DNA from: an uncultured bacterium
GTDB taxonomy: Bacteria; Verrucomicrobiota; Verrucomicrobiia; Verrucomicrobiales; DEV007
NCBI GenBank assembly: GCA_963977015.1
Contig: CAXBMO010000003.1
Span: 224,001-288,000, forward strand
Direction of reading: 5' to 3'
DNA: 64,000 bases
This document shows, piece after piece, positions 10,701 to 19,700 of the stretch. Both the position numbers and the translations under genes were made by a program. The notes below the pieces were generated by a model. That model was given only the letters and a program-made list of their open reading frames with translations. It did no database searches and had not been told where the DNA came from. The number at the start of each line of letters is the position of its first letter. The stretch's first letter is position 1.

Positions 10701-13700
10701 ACCGAGTCCGTCCCTCCGCCCGTGTTCACGATCAGATCCGACGCGAAACTGGAGTCCAGACTTTCAATCGTAATGGCATCGGCGTCGCTTCCACCGTTGA
10801 TGGTGAGCGAACCCGCCGGCACGCTGAAAGTCGTGGGCGCAAACGTCGAGCCAACCAATTCCATTTCACCCGCGTTGGTGCTGTTGCGTAAAACCACGTC
10901 CGCGTTGTCCCCCGCCGGCAGATTGAGAACCAAATCCGCGACCGTGCTGCCCGTCGTGTCGACGGCTTCTAGTTGGGTTGTTTCAATCTCCACGCTCCCG
11001 CTGGAATCAAGATCGATCGTGCCCGTTTCGGCTCCGGTGAAGGTCTGCGTTACCGTGCCCAAAGGCGTTGAGCCATCGTTCACAACGACGAGTTCGTCCG
11101 CGTCGCCCGAATTCTCGCCACCATTGAAGACAATCTTCTGGTGAATCACGTCCGCAGCATTGGTTCCCAGATCGACGGTTAACCGGTCATCTCCTGCTCC
11201 GGTGTTGAAACGAATCTCAGCATTCGGATCGATGTTCTCCAACACCGAATAGGCGAAGAAAACTTCATTCTTGCTGATTCGCACCGCACCGGGAACGTCT
11301 GTCGCAATGATATGATTCGGATCGGATATCGTGTAGCCATCCTGCCCCAGCGTCGCGTTCGCTCCCGGCGTGATCGTCAGGGTATCGTTGCTGTCCGAGG
11401 TAATGTCGGTGATGATCAGATTCCCGGAACCATCCTGGGTGATCTCCGTCTCCGCGACGCCTTCCGCCGTCAGCACCACATCGTTTCCGTCACCGCCCTC
11501 GTAGGTAATCGAAAACGTGTAGCTTGTTCCCGAGTAGGAAAGATCCAGAAACGTCCCTTCGCTAAGTCCCGTAAACACACCCACCACATCATCGTCCGTG
11601 CCGTCGTTGTCGATGATGATGAACTGATCACCCACGTTGGGCGCATATCCAAGCGCGCCGTTGAAGGTGGCATCGCTCAAGGTAACCAGTCCGGTCACCT
11701 TCACCTGATCGTGATTCGTTCCAACCGTGGTTCCCGAGATCTCAAAGGTGAGCTGTGCGTTGCTGTCCAAATCGAGGTCGCCACTGACTTCGAGCGTGCC
11801 AAAGGTCCCCAAACCGGGAGCCGCCTCGCCATTCAACGTAAGCGTACCCGCGGTGATGTCGGGGCTTTCCCCTCGATCCAGAATTTCCCCGTTGCCCGAC
11901 GTTATGCCCACATTGCCCGAACTCGAGATGCTGGAAACCGTGACGTTTCCATCCGCGCTCAAGGCAACCGTGCCTCCGCCGGCCACGATCGATGAACCGT
12001 CCGCCATGTCGATCGCTCCACCCGAACCGTTGGCGTCTCCATTGGCATCTGCGGTGACCGTGACGTTGACCGTCCCCGCAACCGGAACAGCCGTAATGGT
12101 GAAATCGTCGATCGCGATGTCACTTTGATAGCCGAGAGATACATCTCCGGAAACCGCACCCGCAATCCCATCAACCCTCAGTACAAAATTGGGACTTCCC
12201 AAAAACGCATCTAGACTCACAGTGGCTTGGTTCCATTGATTACCCTGATTTTCGGTTACGGAAAACAATTCGGTCCAATTCGAACCATCAGTGCTGCCAT
12301 ATGCTTTTAGCGTCCCCATGTCGGTTGCGCCTCCACCTCGGTCGATTTGGGCATACATGTGGTAGTGGAACTCCAGATTGGCTGTCTGCATCCCGCTCAA
12401 GTCCAGGGTCGGAGAATACAGGGTGGCGGTCTCGCCTTCCAACACCGGATCGGAGGTCTCGATGTAGAGGAATTTTCCGGTCGAATTACCGGTGGTATGA
12501 TCGGCGGTAGGCCCCGTTCCACCACTCACCGTCCCCTCCGCGTCCGGCGACCAATCCAAGTCGTCAGTTCCCTGGAGGTTCGTCCACCCGTTGCCCAGCG
12601 GGATGTTGGTGGCGCGTGCGGATGTGCTCCCTTGGGCAAAGGAATCGAAGGTTTCGTTCAAGAGCGTCACCTGAGTGGGCCCCTGAATTTGTGAACCGGT
12701 CAGGAAGCTGACATCGTTATCCGCGCTGAGATTAACCGTTGAGGAACGGACGATCGTGTTGGCCGCGACGGTAAGATCGTTGGTGGAGTCAATCGAAACG
12801 GTCGCTCCCTCCGTCGAAATGATCCCCAGTCCCGCTCCCGCATCTCCCAACACCAAATCACCCGTGTTGGAAACGAAAACTCCGCCCGTTCCGCCATCGG
12901 CTTCCAAGTTGTTCAGTTGGGTGTCCAGGCTATTGCCGGACATTCCCACTCCAGCCGCTGCCGTTGCGACAAAGGCGCTCGCGACCAGATCGGTGCCGGA
13001 ATCGCCACCATCGACAATCGCCCCACTGGTTGAAATCGCGGTGATGGTCGCGGTGGTGGTGATGCTGGAAACCGTGATATCTTCGTCCGCGCTCAGACGA
13101 ACGTTGCCATTACCGGCATTGACCGTCGAGCCATCCGCCATGTTGATCGCGCCACCGGAGCCGTTTCCGTCTTGATCGGCATCGGCCGTGATCGTGATCT
13201 GGGTGTTCGTAACGAGTTCGCCGTAAAAGCGAAAATCGTCGAGCGCGATATCGCTTTGGTAGGTGCTGCTGGTCAACGGACCGGCAATGCCATCAACCCG
13301 AAGGACGAAGTTGGAGCTACCGGCAAAGGCATTGAGATCGATCGAAGGAGTCTGATTCCAGACATTGCCCTGGCTCCCCGAAACCGAGAACAACTCTGCC
13401 GACCAGGTCGATCCGCCATCGGCGCTTCCGTAAACCTTCAAATCACCCATTTGCCCACCCAACATGTGGTACCAGAAATCCACGCTCACCGTGGAGTGGT
13501 TGCTCAGGTCCAGGGTCGGAGAATAGAGAGTCGCCGTGTCGCCCTGTTCAATGGGGTTGGAAGTTTCGATGTAGAGATAGGTGCCATTGGCATTTCCAAG
13601 CGTGTGATCAGTTCCCGGGCCAGTGCCGCCACTGGGAGTTCCTCCCTTGTCTGGCGACCAATCAATCTGATCCACCGGGACGGATCCCAGGTTGACCCAT

Positions 13701-16700
13701 CCCGAAGCCTCGGGCAGCGTCTGATGAGGTCTCGGATTCGACGTTGGTCCCTGACCAAAGGTCTCAAAATCCTCAACCAAGAGATCGCCGCTGTCGGCAT
13801 AAAACCGGAAATCGTCCAAAGCGATATCGCCGCGGTAGTCCGTACCCTTCGTCCCGATAATTCGAAGCTGAAACTGGGCGGAGTTGTCGAAGGAAGAGAG
13901 ATCTAACACCGCCTGATTCCAGCTATCTCCCTGATCTCCACTGACGGACAACAGGTCCGCCGACCAAGTGGCCCCGCCATCGGAGCTACCCTGTACAGTC
14001 AAGGTGCCCATGCCCGTTCCCGGCTGTGAGTACATGTGATAGAAAAACTCGACAGCGGAGTTTGTTTGGCCCGTTAGGTCAATGACTGGCGAAAGAAGGT
14101 GGGAAAACTCGCCCGCATCCACCGTTCCCGACGTCTCAAGAAACAAGTAAGTTCCCGTTGAATCCCCGTGCGTGTGATCGGCGCCCGGACCCGTCTCCGG
14201 GCTCGGCGTTCCGTCGCGGTCGGACACGAAATCCAAGGTATCGGGCCCGGGCTCATACCTCGCGTTGCCCCAACCTTCGCCAGCCGGAAGACCGACATTC
14301 GCCCCCGCGTTCGTCGAGCCTTGAGGAAAACTCTCAAAATTCTGCGAGTGAATCACCACGTTGCCCAATGCCGCGTCGGGGCCGGAAATGCTCACGCCGG
14401 ACGTCAGGTTCACGTCGCTATCGGCTTCCAGATTGATGGTTCCACCAACAACGGTGGTATCGACCAAATTCAGATCCTCTGCACTGTCGAGAGTGAGCGT
14501 GTGTGCTCCGGAATCGACGTTTCCGCCAATTCTGGCGCTCCCCGTGGTTGTTTCCACGAGGATGAAACCATCTGCAGTCGAAATACTCGAACCAGCGTCG
14601 CTATCGACGGCGAACGTGCTGCTGCCGTCCCCACCACTGCCAGAAATCTCGATTCGGCCTTGGCCGGTTGAGGAAACCGTTGCGCCCACGATCGCGACGC
14701 CGTCATCAACGCTGGCGGAACCAGTGATGGTAATGTTCCCCTTCTCCGTCGTCACGTCCGCCTCAACCAAGACGCCGCCGGATCCGGCCAACGAGATGGT
14801 TCCGCCGCCTGAGGTCGCCAGCGCCGCGCTGATGCCTATGTGGACGCCAACCTCGGTCGTCGAACTAGCGTTCAAGCGGATCAGTCCGCCCTGTCCGTCA
14901 ATTCCGCCCGTCACGTCGATTGTTTCCGCATCGACACCCAAACCATTGCCTGAATTGGAGAACACCGATCCCAGGGTGACATTCGCACCCGTCATCGTGA
15001 CTCCGGCAGTCAAGGTCGCCGTCGCGTCATTGTAAGTTTGATCTCCGACGGTCGTGACGTCTTGCCCCAAGCTCAATGCTCCATCCGCATTGGTCGACAG
15101 CGACGCCAGTGCCGCCGTCGTCCCGACAAAATCACCAAACGTGGTCGCCGAATTGTTGCCGGTGTTCACGATCAGCGCGCGCGCCGTTGTGTCGGAATCC
15201 ACTGTGCTGGCGAAAGTCACGTCTCCACCTGCGGTCAACGTAACGTCCGCCCCCAGGGTCACTGCGCCGTTGTAAGTCTGCGTGCTTCCGGAGACCACAT
15301 TGGATCCCAGGACGATCTGTTCCGCGTTCACCACCAAACTGGTCGGAATGGCGTTTGGAGTCGTGGCCGGCTCCGGCAGGCTTGTGATCGTCACCTGATC
15401 AAAGCCGCTCGGTGCCGCCGCATCAGCGCCGTTGGCGGTCTCAAAACGGATCCCACCCGTCACGGCCGATGCCGCGACCTCGATTGTGTTGACGTCAACC
15501 TGGGTCACAGTCCCGGCTGGCAAACTCGAGGACAGGATCAGGTTGGGATCGTGGATGATGTAAACGTCGCGGGCATCGTCAAACGAGATCTCCAGGCGGT
15601 CCTCGCTGTCGCTTTCCATATCGGTGATAACCAGGTCATCCACTCCCCCATTATCGACCAGTTCCACGCTGGTTTCGGCGAGTCCGAAACTTTCCAGAAC
15701 CACGTCGTTGCCATCGCCGCCGGCGTAGTTGATCCGGAAGACGTAGGAGCTGCTACCGTCGCTGACACTGAAAAGGTCGCTGAACCCGTCACCGTCGGCA
15801 TCAGGATGGCTCGCAAAAAATCCGGACACCGCATCGGTGGCGTCGGCGGCTCCGGCAGGATCGTTGTTCGAAATCAGCACGATGGCCGGATCGCTCGAAG
15901 TCGGCGTGTAACCGCTCAGGTCAAAGGCGATGGTTGAATTGGTGTCGTCCAGGTTCAACTCGCCATTGACGATCAATTGATCGTGTCCGTCGGCTGCGCC
16001 GGGACCACCCAGCCCGTGAAGATCGAAGTGAAGCGTCCCTGCTGTGAGCGTGAAGTCACCATCAACCGTCATGGTGTCGCTGGCTCCGTCTTCGCCGATC
16101 TGGATAATGCCGCCCTGTTGATTGAGCGAAAAGCCGATCAAATCGATATCTTTCAAGGTGCCGTCCGTGAAGGCAAACGTTCGTGTGCCGCCACCTTCGC
16201 TGAGGGTCCCGTTCTGCAGATCGAGGACTCCACCGCCCAGGTTCAACGTTCCCCTGGTGTTGGCATCGTTTGAGGAAGAACCACCGGAATCAGGGGCGGC
16301 CAGAACGGCCGAATTCGCGGTGACGGTTCCTGCGGTATAGGTCAGAACGCCCTTTCCGCTGCCTGATCCGCTGTGGTGCGCCCCGATGACAAGTTCATCC
16401 AAGGCCGCGTTGAAGGTTCCTCCGGTGAGATCCACTTGGCTGAGGTCAGGATTCGTGCCCGTTCCGGATCCGTCATTGTAGCCGATCTGGAAATCCGTTT
16501 CCGCGTTGGCGTCGCCGGCAAGCGTGAAGGTTCCTCCATCGACGATGTCGATGAACCCGACGCTTTTGCGACCGCCGACGGTCAGCGAATCCAGATTGAA
16601 GACATTGGCGGCCCCGCCGAGATGAAGTTCACTGACCCGCGTGAGATTGGAGCCGGATTCGACAGAGCCCATCAGGAAAGAACTCGCGGTCACCGTATTG

Positions 16701-19700
16701 GTTCCCGCAGTTGACAAGGTCAAGTCTCCCTCCGCTGATCCTCCCTGGCCAAAATCCGTAGTCGCATCCGTTCCCAACCGGATCTCATCCACATCAATCG
16801 TGACGGAATCGGCCCCACTAAGATTGACGATGCCTTTCGCATCTGCGCCAGACGGGCCATTGCGTCGCCCGATGTCGAGAATCCCGGTGCCATCCCCAAT
16901 CAGGACATCACCGTCTTGAACCGTGAGACTGGCATCCAAAGCATCGAAACCAACCCTCAGTGAATCGACATCCAAACCATTCCCAACGGTCATGGTGCCA
17001 TCGTCAATTTGGAGCGTACCGGACCCCGCGGCATTGCTTACCCCGTTCGTCACCGCAACGGAACCGTTGTTCACGACCTGCAACTTGCCAGCGTCAATCG
17101 AAACCGTGTCGGTCCCGCTGATGGACCCGCCATCGACCACGAGGCTACCCGCAACCGCGTTCGTCGATCCAACATAGTTATTGGCCCCAGTGAGCGTCAG
17201 GGTGCCGCTCCCGTCTTTCGCCAAAGTAACGGCGCCATCAATAGTTCCCCGGTAGGTGGTGTCGCCGCTTTGATTCACGGTCAAGGTCGCCGCCGTCGCG
17301 CTGGTGACCACGGCGTCCAGCGCACTCTGATTGGTGCCTCCGGAGAACAATGACGCCACAGTCTGGCTGGTTCCGTTCAAATCCAAGGTTCCCCCGCTTC
17401 CGTAGCCCAAACCACTGTGACGGAAGGTCGCGCTCGACGCCAGTGCGTTATCGACATCCAATCGCAGGGTTCCGCTCGTCAAGGTCGTGCTCGACCAGGT
17501 GTTGCCGGCAACTCCAATCGTCGTCAGTCCTCCCGAATCCGTGTAAAACGTACCGCTGTTCAGGTTGATGGGATTGGTCGTGAAGTGAATCGCCCCGCCC
17601 GTGGCATTGACCACGAAAAAGGCATTGCCACTTGCCCCAACGCCACCGGCAAAGGTCAAGTTTCCGGCGGAAGAACGGATCCGGGAGCTGCCGCCCACAA
17701 TGCTAAGCTGAGCGGTGATCGTGTTGTCGCCACTAATGTTATCCAGCGCCGGCACATTCTGTTGGCTCCCAGTCAGTTCTATTGTGTCGCCGATGGTAAT
17801 CCCCCCGGTGAGTTCCAACCTCGCCTTATTTGCCTGGTCAATGGTTGTCTTGCCAGTGGCCGCTCCCAGCGCTCCGTCGTGCGAAATCCGCAGATTCCCC
17901 CCATCGATCTGAGTGACACCGGCGTAACTGCTGTCGCCGGACAATGTCAGTCTTCCCGTTCCCGTCTTGGTCAATCCGCCCTCCCCGCTAATCACACCCG
18001 CAAAGTCCCCACTTCCCACAGTCAAGGTCGTCGCCGTCGTGTGCGTTCCATCCACTCCACCCAATTCCACAGTGACATTCGTTCCCCCGGTCAACGACGC
18101 AATACTGCTGTCGCCTCCGACGAATTTCACGGTGACGTTATTGGTCAGGCCGCTCAGGTCGAGATCCTGGCCGCTATAGTCTCCAGCGTTGATGATCAGC
18201 GTGACATCCTCAACCGGATTGAGGGCATTCACGGCATCCGCAAAGTTATCGAACGCATCGGTCCCGAAGAGCGCGCCCTGATTTCCGCCAACTTCAACAT
18301 CCCCATCCACGGAATCACCGCTGCTCGCGCCCCAATCGTCATTGACATAGATGGTGGTGCCAAAGGTGAAATCCAGCGAACCGGCATCACGGGCTTCCGC
18401 GACATTCGGGCCGGTGGAGAGCGAAGCGACTTGTCCGGACGTCAACGCGCGGTCGTAGAGAATCACCTCATCGAGTAACGACGCATTGAGGGCCGTGCCG
18501 ATGGTCAGTGGCTCAGTATTAGAAAGCCCGTCGCCATGCGCGTAGTTCTCCTGATTGGTCAACACACCATCGACATACTCTTGAGATAAGCCGTTGTTCA
18601 GCACGTAAACCACGTGGTGCCAAGTGTCGTCCAGAATGGGGCCACCCTGGCCGTCGTGCTGGTTGCCATTAAAATTTCCTCCGGTTCCGGTGGTGTCCGT
18701 CCGAATCAAGAGGTCATCTGTCGAGCCATACCGGGTCACCAGCCAGCTCGTTGTTCCTCCCGCCTCAGTTCCCTTGCGAATCACTCGAACCCAGCTCCCT
18801 TCTGAGGAGTCCCCCTTGACCCAGAACGAGAGGGTCATTTCGTCATCGATACCTTCCAGTGACAGGGAATTCGCCACGGTCACGGCCGACCCGGCTCCAT
18901 CGAGCGATTGGCCACCTCCGAAAACGTCCGCCACGTCGGTGCTGTAGCTTCCTCCTGTTCCATCGTTGGCATTGCCCGATGAGTCTTGTGCGTTTCCGTC
19001 ATCGAACGACCAAATCCCCACGGCATCTCCCAATCGGTCCAAGACGGTGACACTTATCTGGTGAGTGGCCGGAGACGCGTATGTGTGGTTGCTCTGCAGG
19101 GTGCGGGCTCCCGTGGTCAACAGCACTTCGGTGACGGCGTTACCGTCACCCCAATCAATCACCGCCTTGTGTTCGTCCAGAGATCCCGGATCGGTAAAAT
19201 CGATCTGGAGGGTCATTTCCCCTGTCTGGGCATCCTTAGAAACGATCTGCAGTGTATCAACAACGGGCGGCACATCGGAAACCGTCACCGTCGCGAAGGT
19301 GGAATCGCCCCCAATGTGAATCGGTCCTGATGCATCCCGAATCTCGTCATCGGTCAGGATGCGGCTCCACAGCGCAACTTCGTCCATGGAGCCACCCAAA
19401 TTGGTGTCGCCGATGTAGAGAGTGCCGCTATTCCCCAGCCCGTCCCCGTGAAGATAGCTGTCAGTTTGCACCAGAACGCCATCGACGAACTGTTTCGCCA
19501 CACCGTTGTCCAACGTGAAAACGATGTGATGCCATTGGTTGTCCAGCGTATCGTCTCCAGCCCACAATTTGTTCTGATTGTTCGCTCCGTCGGTCCCGGT
19601 CGTATCTGTCCGGATATTCAAATCCGTCGAATTGCTGTATCGGCCAACGTGCCAACCTTCGCCTCCTCCGGCTTTGACGATGGTGCGCTCCCAATTGTCC

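Noticed and set aside
13823-13836. RGD tripeptides in the giant proteins
   Set aside because: Expected by chance in G/D-rich proteins of this size; this one is part of the MAM 'GDIALDD' strand.
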